DNA from: Neoechinorhynchus agilis
Taxonomy: Eukaryota; Animalia; Acanthocephala
Assembly (NCBI GenBank): GCA_051530055.1
Contig: CM121343.1
Span: 3,380,389-3,444,388 of the forward strand
Direction: 5' to 3'
DNA length: 64,000 nucleotides
In this document: one piece after another, positions 1 to 11,697 of the stretch
How the letters are laid out: each line of letters opens with the position of its first letter
Position numbering within the stretch: position 1 is the first letter of the stretch
Program-made: the position numbers and the translations under genes
Notes under the pieces: model-generated
Told to the model about the DNA's origin: nothing
The model's database searches: none
The model's input: only the letters and a program-made list of their open reading frames with translations

Positions 1-3000
1 TTAAATCTTCCTCCACTTTATGCTTTGTGTGATTTGCATAAATTTCTTCAATTGTTCATCATTTAATTGTTTTTTCTTCTTTGGACTTTATGAAGATCAT
101 ATGTTTCCCGTTTATTGAAAGAGAAACTAAACGATCTACTATTAGCCATTAAAAATTTGGTAATTCTGAATTGAAGTGGCTAAAACTATACTTTGGATAA
201 AAATGTTTTCTGAAAAGGAGATTAAAGGTTCCTATTTATTTAACAAAATTTCTTTAAAACGCTTTTGGTCCTTTCTTAAAACAATTAAAAAAATTGAGTC
301 AAAACTCGGGCGATCTTCCTTTTAATTCTTAATAGATTGTCATTTTATCCTAATTTAAGAGATCAATAACTAATTGATCTTATTTTATAAAAGATGTTTT
401 TTATGGACGTATTAATAAAAGGTCGATTGTTCTCGAAAAGAATATTTTATTGATCTCACTCATTAGTGTTTTTCTAGATGAGTAAGTTATTGTAAGAGGG
501 ATGAGAATCGTTTTCTGTGGATTTATGGTTTCATCGATTTCATTGTAGACTTTAGAATATTCAGATATACCTTTGTATGTGTTCCATTAAAATGGGATTA
601 TGTGTTTTGATTTGTTTATTTTCTTAAATATGCAAATCATGATTAACACGAAGAGCATTGGGGAGAGAGGTGAACCTTGAGGTACTCGGGACTTAGTATA
701 GAAACAAATGCTGTCAAGATCAACTTCATATTAAAAAGAATTTTTTTAAGTGGCCGTTGCGAGTATAATTATGAAAGGATAGGAATTTTGGTATGTGTAC
801 TAAATGGTTGTAAAAGAAGGGTTTAAAAGCCTTGAGATAGTTGGCGTAGTCTCCTATTCGTGTCCCAAAAGAGGAGGTTTCTTATTTGGGTATTAATAAA
901 AAAAAGAGGTCTTGAGTGGGTTAATGTATATGTTTGTAATAAGAAACGTGGACCAAAAAAGGGAGAGAGCGAATAGAAGGACTTTTACGTCATGAACAAG
1001 CAGAAATTGTTCAATCTTCAAACATCGTTGGGATCTGCTGTTGTTTTGAGGAACCGATGCAAATAAAAAAAGTTAAAAGGCATCCAAATAGACGGTGACG
1101 AAATTGGTCAAAGTAAAGCCTCCTTTATTAATTTGTTATTTATGAACACTAAATGCTATTTGAAGAGACTAATATCCTCACTCGTATCCTGAATTCTTAG
1201 CAATTAATACCTTCTTTACTTTCACTTAACGGATAGACTGAATATTCTATCTCGTAACTGATTACTTTGTTCAATAATCCGATTAAATGTCTTTAGGAAC
1301 CGAATTAAGTATAAAATCGGGAACCCAAAACTACGAAACGCACCATTCATGGATGCTAGCACGTTCTTGCAGCCAATAGGATACTGAGCATTCGGATAGA
1401 TAAACCTGCGTTTCATTTTTCGATGCAAATAGGTAAGTGGGCGCGATCGAGGAAGGCGGGGCCGATTCCAAGGGTCGTCTCTATCCGTACTTTCCGATAG
1501 CCGTAAAGAATTTGCCGTATTTCCCTTTACCGGTGCGTCTTTTGATTTATATCGTCAATACAAATATTCGGTATCGCTCAACAGATGGCTTTGGCGGACA
1601 AAGGGATAATGAAACTAATCAGCTACTCACTCTACCGTTCTGCACACATAACCCTTCGAGGATTGTTGACCATAGTGCAGAATTCGGAGACACTCTAGAG
1701 ACGGGTCGGCATGTCCCGCGTAACGATATTCTACCTCCAACAAACGATGATATGGGTAATGTCAATGATGACCATTTTGGTCAATTCTCGGGTAGGTATC
1801 ATCGAGGAATCCAAAAGTGCAATTTCCATAATTTTATCTAGGATTTAACGTTCAAATGAACGATTCTTACATTATCAGCAATCAAATCCTAAGTGGCGGA
1901 AGCAATGTGCTAGACACCAACGGAGATGATGGCGTCCGGCACACTGGGGCGGATGGAAATGCGGATTTATTGGTAGAAGCGGATGATGCTTTGTCATTCG
2001 CAGCCGGAATGAAGATGATGAAACGTAAGGCTGCTCCAACTTTGGCTACTGGAAGACATCACTAGATTGAATCTTCAATCAGTGCACTGTTTTAGACCGA
2101 TCGGCGGTTGATAATTGCTGCTATTTCATTAAGAATCGCAGAATTCCTCAACTCGATCCGAAACCGCTCGCAAGACTTTTGATGCGTCATAATAAAGCTT
2201 TCCAGTTTGTACTTATCTTCAATTCCTGGCCGGCCACTAATAAACTACGGACTTTACAAAGAATACAGAATGTGAGGATTATTGAGGGACGAGAAAGTTG
2301 TGTTTGAATCAGAACTCATAAGTTCGACGTTTGCAACCCTGGATGCAATTATAGAAAAAGACGGTAGACATCAGTTCTTTTACGACGCCAACCGAGGATC
2401 CTCCGAACAATTCAAATATGTTATTGAACTGAAAACAGAGGAAGTTTATAAGTGGAAAAGATGGTCTTTTCGTTATCATCATTGGATTAAATGAAGTGTC
2501 CTCCAGAAGATTTTATTTACATAAAACTGGCTTTACGCTGAAATCGAACTGTGTGTCGGTCTTTGAAATCTTGATGGGCAAACAAATTGATATGATTCCC
2601 AAACTCTTCTTGATTGCTATGTCATTTATTTTAAAAGACATCAATGGCTACGATTTTATCCGTCCAATTATTTACGCGGACGGCATTTTTCTCTTTTGCA
2701 AAGTTCGCTTCAGTGGTTTCATTGTTTCTAAATTCTCTTCTTACCTCGAAAACCTTGTCTCTGCTCTCTCTAAAAGAAAATCTTATTTTGAATCTTAACA
2801 AATCTTTTATAATTCTGCTCAATTAAATCTTACGGCCCAAGGAAATCTCTTGCTTTTCTATTTAGATCATCCCCATTTCTGCTGGGAATTGACTTCCCTT
2901 TTACACAAAACCGAATTTTTATTAATACTTCTCTGAAGAGTACGTTCTCTAAAAATTAAATCCATAATCAAGCGCTCAAGACATCTCCTGATTCCTTTCC

Positions 3001-4796
3001 CAGCCCTCGTCCGTGCACCCCAAATTATCGTAGGAAGGTCATTGTGCTTCTTTGCGTGCGGTAGACCTCCAGAACTACGGATTCTCTTGTGGCAAGAACT
3101 TCTTCGAATGCCCGGCGTGCAACCGTTGAGGTTTTGTGTTTCGGCGAACAGAAGGAAGGACAAACACCCTTTTTTGAGACTTTTAATGGTAAACTATTTT
3201 ACCCTTTGTGTTTTGCGCGTAGATTTGTGTCTTTGAAGAGTCCAATTAAAAAAGCTTCGGTTGCCTCTTGAAACCGCCACTTGCTAGGGTGCTCCAGTAC
3301 CAAAATTGCTGACGATCTCTCTTACGAGTCGCTGGGATGCAAGACGTCTTCTCAAGAGGTCCGTCGATCGTTACTTCGATTGGTGAGACTTTTGCGCTAT
3401 GTTGTATTGAAATCAATTGCGCGTGGTTTTCATCTTATTGAGGGGCAATACTGAGGGATTTGATCATTCCGGCGATTGGTCTCGACCAACAACACAACTA
3501 TAGAAAAGGAAGGACACAGTGCATTCGTGTTATGAGGATGTGCAATAAATTCAATATATCCAATAAAAAGCGTTTGTTCTATTATCTCCTTTCCATTTAC
3601 AGAGCCATCTATTAACAGGAAACAAAAATCCGGTATTTTGGTCAGTGGCATAAATACACATCGTTTTCAAATAAACTCCCGAAGTTCTGCTGCCTGTCAT
3701 CAATTCTACGAAGAGTTTGAAGAATTTCATGTTACATGAATAGGAGGATTTGGATTCGATTAAAGGTTGAATTTCGCAAATAATATTAAGAGGGATCTTG
3801 TAAAATGTAAGGCTTCGTATAAAAGGGTCCTGTCCAGGGCATCAAAAGCTTTAAGTCAAACTGAATCAGAACTTTATTTGTTGCCGTATTTAAGAGGTGG
3901 AAATCCGTTAATAGGGAATGAACCTCACGTTCGTTTTGACGGAAGCAAGTCCGAATTATAAACTAATGGAAGATTTGGATCTCTGATTAGGAGAATTTAA
4001 TGTTACGTTTATCTGAATGGAAAGCAATGAGATTTTTTCGCATTTGTTCGTAGTCAATGATCCATAATATTCTATCGCCACCGCTGGATTTTCATGATCT
4101 ATAACCGAGAGTGCTCATGATTTTAGCGAAACTGAAACTTTGTTCAATTTTTCATAAGTGCAAGAATTTTGTGACGGAATCTCGTGAAATACAATTTGAT
4201 TTTCCTTGTTTTAAAATTGGAACCTGAGCGGACTGTTTCGCCGATGCAGGAAGGTGTATCCGCCAACAATTCGAAGGAGCGTTCTTGCTCGACAAACCCC
4301 AGAACTGCCCAAGAAAGTAGGACGAACTTTCCGCTGCGAAGTCGATACTTTAAAACCCTCTACTGCACATCTCCATGCCACTTTGTAGATTTCTGGGGAA
4401 GCCGTAAGACGGCGAAAGCTCGGAAATACTGATTTTCTTTATGATTACAGCAGCCCTTCCCAGTGTCAATTTTCGGATACAAAATTTGAAGCGAAAGCTA
4501 GTAGATGTGTGTTAAAGATTCTTTACCGGCTCATCGTATGATTGTCCAAATGAAAACATGATCGCGTTGATGACGTCATAACACTTCAAAGCAGCTTTTC
4601 GCAAAAAAAGTTGAAATCCAGGACGATGCGTTCATTCGGAACGGTAATTCGTCGCATTAATATTACCGGAAGAAGTCCATCGGTTGTGTAATGGTTATTT
4701 TGCGGATAAAACGACGGGGTTTGTTCTTCCCAACCTCTGGAGGAGCAAACGCCCGACTTCACAAACTCTCCTACAAGCAATATGCGGCAATCTATA

Positions 4797-5530
4797 TCCG
4801 AACGGACATCTCCCGACCGGATATTCCCACCCGAAAGGACATCCACCGACCGGACATTCCCACCCGAACGGACATCTCCCGACCGGACATTCAGACCCGA
4901 ACAGACATCCGCCGACCAGATATTCCCACCCGAACGGATATCCCCCGACGGGTTATTTGCACTCGGAAGGACATCCCCCGACCGGATATTCTCACTCGAA
5001 CGGACATCCGCCGACCGGATATTCTCACCCAAACGGACATCTCCCGACCGGATATTCCCACTCAAACGGACATCCCCCGACCGGATATTCTCACCCAAAC
5101 GGACATCCCCCGACCGGATATTGTCACCCAAACGGACATCCACCGACCGGATATTCTCACCCAAACGGACATCCACCGACCGGATATTATCACCCGAACG
5201 GACATCTCCCGACCGGATATTCCCATCCGAACGGACATCTCCCGACCGGATATTGTCACCCAAACGGACATCCACCGACCGGATATTATCACCCGAACGG
5301 ACATCTCCAGACCGGATATTCCCATCCGAACGGACATCTCCCGACCGGACATTCCCACCCGAACGGACATCTCCCGACCGGACATTGTCACCCAAGCGGA
5401 CATCCACCGACCGGATATTATCACCCGAACGGACATCTCCCGACCGGATATTCCCATCCGAACGGACATCTCCCGACCGCACATTCCCACCCGAACGGAC
5501 ATCCCCCGACCGGATATTCCCACCCGAACG
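4797..5530. repeat. 33-bp C-rich minisatellite, about 22 copies (consensus CGAACGGACATCTCCCGACCGGATATTCCCACC)
   Basis: 11-aa periodicity (TRTDISRPDIP) in the ORF track. The unit is stop-free in most frames, which explains five overlapping ORFs. Confidence 0.95.
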
Positions 5531-6109
5531 CACCCATAATCCACTCAAAAATCAACAACCCCGTGTTCATGAGGAATCAAAGGTTCATGGGTCTAATTTC
5601 TTAAGCGCAAATGATGAAACGTGTTATTATTATAATCAGTGACGATCTGCTCTATATCGTAGTTTTTTATGTTTGACCGATAATAATCTTGAAAACGTCA
5701 TTGTTGTTTTACAAGGCGGATTTAGTCCCACTCCGAAATACACAATGGCATAAAGCATATTTTCATTTATTTATAACGCTTTGTCTTCGAAAAAAGCTAC
5801 ATTTTTTGAATAATCGCTTTGATCTACATAACTCGATGATAGCTTTTCTTTAAATGTAAAGAATGTGGGTTTACAAGACGTTTTCTAACAACTTTAATTA
5901 TTTTTTAGTGAGGCGAAATAATGAAAAATGATTTAATTTGACTAATATTTCGTCCTCTACGTGGGACCTGGAATTGTTTTTGTTGTAAATACTCAGAGCA
6001 AAAAAACAAAATAATTTTTCTTTATTTCGCCTAAACAAAAACATAATTCTTTCTTTTAGTTCACAAATTACTCCTTTTCGTCCAATTCTGCAACTGTCGT
6101 CATGATTGT

Positions 6110-6490
6110 TCAGCAGCTTCCTTGATGGTCTGATTCGCTGCATCAGGAAGCTGCTGGAGCGCATGTCGCGGTTGGCACATTTCAGCATCTTTCCCAGTCG
6201 AGAAAGGAAATAATCGGTTTCTTTTCCGAGGTATCCCAGCGTTTCCGCCGTAATCGGGATGAATATATATTAGATGCCTTGCGCATCGGTCGGCTAAAGT
6301 ACTCTACAATCGGTTTGATAATTTTACAGGCAATCACGTGGTTGACTCACGTGAGTTGATCATGGCCCAGCTTGCCGTCGATGAAATTCATAAAAAGTCG
6401 GCAACGGACAGGAATTTTGTCTAATTTTATTGCTGTAACATTGGTAAATGGTACAATGTGAATTTCATTTTGATCTTTGCCCCGTAAAGG
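6110..6490 (-). CDS. Probable exons of an unidentified minus-strand gene, head-to-head with WDR61
   Basis: Protein-like ORF 6347-6529 ends at a GTGAGT donor. A downstream exon reading TLADRCARHLIYIHPDYGG can be joined in frame. No family recognised. Confidence 0.3.
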
Positions 6491-6496
6491 ATTTTT

Positions 6497-6822
6497 TATT
6501 AAAGGCATTTCGAACCTCATCGAGTTCATCAGTTCAAGAGGCGAGATGGGTAAACTGGGTATAATGCTAACAAACGCATGATCGAGTTTGAAAAATCGTT
6601 GGTCGCCCTTTATCGGAGTTCTCTACGGGATAGATACCAAATAACAGTTCTGATATTGGGCGAAACCTTATCAAATACCTGGGCATTTTAAAACAGTCTA
6701 CTGGGTGAAAATAAAAATCGGAAATGGGATACCAATGATTTTACAGACTCGTCGACCCCAGTTTACCCATCTCGCATTTTGAGCTAATGATGAACGCGGC
6801 GAGGTTCGAGACGTCTTTAATA
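6497..6822. mobile_element. TA-flanked MITE with about 60-bp imperfect TIRs
   Basis: 6499-6559 is an inverted repeat of 6757-6820, including a perfect 19-mer GCGAGATGGGTAAACTGGG. Symmetric TA at 6497-98 and 6821-22. Confidence 0.8.
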
Positions 6823-6943
6823 AAACGTTCGCTGCGAGGCGAAGACCAAAACTAAAATTTTAATCAATAACCCCATCCCTGTACCTCCTCGCAAATCGAA
6901 AATGTGAATTTCGTTTAATCAAACTACTTTGCAAAAATTTAAG

Positions 6944-8326
6944 ATGTTGTACGAGCGTATCAGTCCTTTCAATATCGTACATATTGAGGATTCTGTCCAC
7001 GACCAAGAACTTACGTCCTTTAAGGTTTACCGATCATTTCAAAATGACCAGGACGGATTATTGACTTCTTCTACCGACAACAGCATAAGATCATGGCATA
7101 TAAAACACGATGACGGCGCTTGTGTTATTTCACAAGTTGGTCAGCTTCGGGTTCATGACTTTGGAGTTGCATTCGTTGACTGTACCCCAGACGGATCCAA
7201 AATTGTGTCTTCTTCTTTTGATGGACGAGTTATTTTGGCGGATCACGAAAGTGGGAAAATAGAACGAGAGATTCGTGTAGAGAACACTGGTTTCGCCTGT
7301 GGACATCAGACTCTTGTTTCCCCCGATCAGAGGCATTTTATTACAAGTGCAACTCCTGGGGATGTTGATGTTTTTGATTTGAGAATGGATGACTCCAAAG
7401 ATTCCAAAGTTGCGCGGATTGAAACCGGTCTGAAAAATGTACGCTCCATGGCCACCGATTATACGAGTCCTTATATTGGATGCGGAGGTTCAGAGTGCAA
7501 TGTGTCGGTGATCGATACGCGCCAATTTAATCAAGTAATGAGCTGATACGGATTTCTAATAGACAATGTAGGTTTTTATATGATTTGGGTTAATTCCAAA
7601 AGTGCTGGCGACCTGGGAATCCTCACCTAAATGTCCATCGCATCCTAATTTGTAACAATTGTGAGCGATAAATAGTGAAGAATAACCCACACTACACCGA
7701 CCAAAATTGATAAAGGGATTCTCACGCCAGCGATTATTGCTGTATTTTGCTCTTGAAAATGCGGTCACAGATTTAGTCGAAAAAAGGCCCCCAAAGTGCC
7801 ATTAATGTTTTCCGAAATTTATGCGTGTCTTGATACCACAGCTCATTGCTTAAGTAAATCAATTTACGCCAAGAAAAGTATTGACTCGAGGATTGGTTGC
7901 GTGGCTATAAATGATCGATATCTTGCTGCTGGAACAAGGGAAGGATTTGGTTGTATGTTCGACTTGAGGAATATGGTCGAGATTCAGAACAATGCCACTT
8001 CCGATGACATGAAAACCACAAACTACCTATTTCAGTCCCAACCGTGTTCAATCAATGCTGTCGTTTTTGGACCAAATATCAATAAACCCGATTTATGGAT
8101 GTATATATCGGGTTCAACAAACGGTATGGTTGCTACTATGTCCAATTTCGATCCAGCATTGGATTCGAAACTAGACAACCAATTAGATAAAGAGATTATT
8201 AAATGGAGGACGACAAAAGATCTTGGACGAGGAAAGATCGAACAACTCATGTTTAATCAAGCTGGTAATCTTCTTATAGGTGCAACGGAGTCTGGAAGCA
8301 TCATTGTTATGAACTCTCAGGTTTAA
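6944..8326 (+). CDS. WDR61: WD40-repeat protein, WDR61/Ski8-like; interrupted by non-canonical insert 7529-7855
   Basis: Successive WD repeats (LLTSSTDNSIRSW; VHDFGVAFVDCTPDGSKIVSSSFDG; SPDQRHFITSATPGDVDVFD; YLAAGTREGFGCMFD) collinear with remembered WDR61. Confidence 0.65.
7529..7855 (+). other. TA-bounded TIR insert (candidate non-canonical intron), 327 nt
   Basis: TA at 7528-29 and 7855-56; 13/16 TIR. Removal gives IDTRQFKSIYAKKSIDSRIGCVAI in frame. Confidence 0.75.
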
Positions 8327-8683
8327 TTTTTATCGGCAAATATTTAAATAGCAAAAAAAGAGGCAGCTAAAAAGTTGTGCGAAAATGGTGAAGATTTTCT
8401 AAATTGAAAAAGTTAGAGCTTAAAACGACATAATTTATCTTAAAATTGAACGCTTCAAATAAAAAGTTTGTACGCATCCCTCCTGATCCTCGGATACCTC
8501 CGAGTTTCCTGATCCCTTCAACGAGGTATTTCATCCCTTTTGGTTGAGGTATCTGAGGATCCGCTGGCTGGAGAGTCCAAGTGATTCAACCACTTTTCTG
8601 ATTTAAGAGATCGGTGTGTCTGTATGCCGAAAAAAAGGAAAATTAAAAAGCCAAGGAAAGGATGCCTAAATCACATTTAAGAG

Positions 8684-8782
8684 TATCTATTGATGATTGT
8701 TTGATTGACAATCCGACTGAAAGAGAGTTTATTGAAACCTCTCTTTCAGTCGGATTGTCAATCAAACAATCATCAATAGATA
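8684..8782. mobile_element. Perfect hairpin / young TA-flanked MITE
   Basis: 8684-8727 is the exact reverse complement of 8739-8782 (44 bp including the terminal TA); 11-nt loop. Confidence 0.9.
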
Positions 8783-9243
8783 AAACATGCGACTGAACAA
8801 CCAAGCAGCGCTTAGTAATCACATTTAAGAGTAGTCAAATAAGGCAAGAATTAGTTCCCTCGCGTCTCAATCGATGATTTTAATAACATATTGGTCATAA
8901 ATCATACAAATTACGGACTTAAAAATGGTTGCATTTGATGACTAAGACGAAAATCTCCTAGGGCTTCAACTATGTGTCCCTGAGACGCTTAATCAAAGAT
9001 CCGATTCACATTTCCAAGGCAAAATTGGAATTTGAGATTCTGGATCATCGTTGGGAACTTTCACTAGAGTCCATTTTGGCAACTAATGTTCAGGGCTCCC
9101 AACGGATCACCGTAGCGGCGAAATCGCTCATATGAACAATTGGTTTTCCGTTTAAACCGATTTTTCAAATGTGCGCCTTTTGTCCCGATGGACGCAGTTT
9201 TAAATGTATAATTTCTATTTTCCTTCGATTTTGCTGGGACATT

Positions 9244-11626
9244 ATGAAGCTTAGTCGTGGTTGCCTTCGTGCTATTATTGATGGAGATGATCCCGTCAAA
9301 CCGGTTGTTCAGGTATTGGGGGTCAAGATGATCGACAAACGGGCAGATCAGACCGATCGATATCGACTGCTTTTATCAGATGGAGAGTATCAGCATTCGT
9401 CGTGTATGCTTGGTACTCAGATGAACAATCTTGTAGTGGGCAATGAACTGGTGCCACTTTGCATCGCCCAAATGGATAAGTACATTTGTAATTGTGTCGA
9501 TAAACAAACAAACAAATACGTCATTATCATTCTAGACATTTCCGTTTTAGTAAAAGACTGTCCTAAACTTGGTGATCCGAGACCTGTTATAAACCCCGTC
9601 GGAGGCGTTGAAAATGCCGAATCATCTAGAGATTCAGAAATGCCATATAACAACTTCGATGCGCCAGCGAGTGTAAAGCGTAGCGCTCCCGTTGGAGACA
9701 ACCCGGACCGAAATGCACCCGCTCACAAGGTCACTCGCCCTGTTACCAACGTTTTAGCCACAATTGTGACAGTGATATACGGGAGCGAATGAATTTATAG
9801 AAAAATTCAAAAATTAGACCAATCACGTTTAAAAAAGAGCCATTCAAACATTGCTTTAAAATTTGATCCCGATTTTAAGCGGCTTTAAGGACTTTTTGTG
9901 GGTTTGATTATAATTTTTTGCAAGACGTCGTAAACAGAGGCAATGACAAACCTTTGAGAAATTCCGACAATTACCGATCGGGGAAATAAATCATCAGTGA
10001 ATTTTGAATCATGTTTTTTAGTAGTGGCTCGTCGAATTCGATCAAAATTGTTGGGCTGTCAATTTTGAAAGCTAAAAGTCTATATTGGTCATTCTTTAAA
10101 CACTCTCACCATTATAATGCGTTCCAAGAAAGACGCTAACTTCTCGAAGGACCGTTTATTTACGATCGATACTCTGAATCCATATCAAAATAAATGGACA
10201 GTACGAGTCCGCGTAACTGCTAAGCAACCTGTTCGTACTTGGTCTAATAGTCGAGGTGAAGGGAGGCTGTTTTCGTTCGATATTGTGGATCAATCCGGAG
10301 AAATGAGAGTGACTGCTTTTAACGATGTATGCGACAACTTCTTTTCAACACTCGAAGTAGGAAAAGTGTATTATATGAGCAAAGGAACCATTAAACCAGC
10401 CAATAGACAATACACATCCATCGCTAATGATTACGAAATGACTTTGAACCATGATTCAATTATAGAACCGTGTGAAGATTGCGAGGACGACATCCCAAGT
10501 GCTCAATACAACTTTGTTCACATCAAATCACTGGCCGATAAGCAAGTGAACACGATGGTGGACGTGTTGGCCGTGATCAAGTCGGTGACGGATACACAGG
10601 TACTCACTATAAGGCAAAGTAGTAAGGAGATTTCAAAGCGAGAACTGATTCTGGTGGATAAAAGCGAATCTCAAATCACTTGTGCTATATGGGGCGTCCA
10701 GGCAGAGGAGTTTGAATTCTCCGGTCCTGTTACCGTCGCTATCAAAGGAGCGCGGATATATCAGTGTTTCTCATAAAGTACTGGCTTCCATGTAGGTGGT
10801 TTAGATAGCGGGGACCCTAATAGATAGCTTTCTACAGCAGGTTCCTTTTTATCAGTTGAATTTCACGAGAAGCACTGATGTCAATGATTTTCAAGGACGC
10901 TCATTGTCTCTTCTACAATCATCGTCCATGACGTTAAGCCCGAAAATTCCAGAAGCAATCGAACTTATGTCGTGGTATGAAAGTGGTGGTCAGTATTTGG
11001 ATGAAATATTCGATTTGTCTACAATTCGCGCTGATACCGGACAAAACAGTGGTGGTGCTAAAGGTGACAATCAATTAAAAACGTTTAGTGATCTCCAATT
11101 AGAGAAATTGATGGCATCTCAACCGGCGGTAGCTTACGGTGAGGAAGCTGCATATATTACGATGAAAGCGATTATTGTGGGTGTCAGAAAAGATAATTGT
11201 GTGTATCAAAGTTGTCCTACTCCAAAGTGCAATAAGAAACTAATTGCGATGGATATGGGTCAATATAGGTGCGAAAAGTGCAATAAGGACGTTACCGATT
11301 TTACATGGCGTTTTATGCTTCAGATTAATCTGGCTGATTTTACTGGAAGCCACTGGGTCACATGTTTCAATGAACACGCTGAAACACTTATCGGCATAGA
11401 TGCAAACCAGTTTGGATCCATGAAGGCTTCAGGTGACGATACGAGTTGCGATGAAGCGTTTTTCAATATGAACTTCACGGAATTCATATTTAGAATTAGA
11501 GCTAAAATGGAAAGATATAACGACGAGAACAGGCTTCGCTTAACCTGTGTTGGAGTTAATCCATTGAAACATGCCGAATATGGTCGTAGACTCTTAGAGG
11601 CTATTAATAAGGCTACTCTTGAGTAA
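9244..11626 (+). CDS. RPA1: Replication protein A 70 kDa subunit (3 exons)
   Basis: RPA70N (RYRLLLSDG, SCMLGTQMN), DBD-A (TLNPYQNKWTVRVRVTAK, GEGRLFSFDIVDQSGEMRVTAF), DBD-B, DBD-C zinc finger (YQSCPTPKCNKK...YRCEKC). Confidence 0.97.
10758..10881 (+). other. TIR-bounded insert in RPA1 (candidate non-canonical intron), 124 nt
   Basis: Ends ATATCAGTGTTTCTC...GAGAAGCACTGATGT. Removal gives KGARINDFQGRSLS. Confidence 0.8.
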
Positions 11627-11697
11627 AGGACGGAAAATCATGCTCAGAAATAAACTGCTTTACTGCGTATTTATTAAAAAGATCTTATCGCTTTCGC

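Noticed and set aside
4586-5642. Five overlapping long ORFs
   Set aside because: A by-product of a stop-free 33-bp minisatellite; no evidence of coding.
7523-7866. 7-bp direct repeat CAATTTA as the TSD of the WDR61 insert
   Set aside because: Collapsing it removes 337 nt and frameshifts; the TA pair fits both TIR symmetry and frame.
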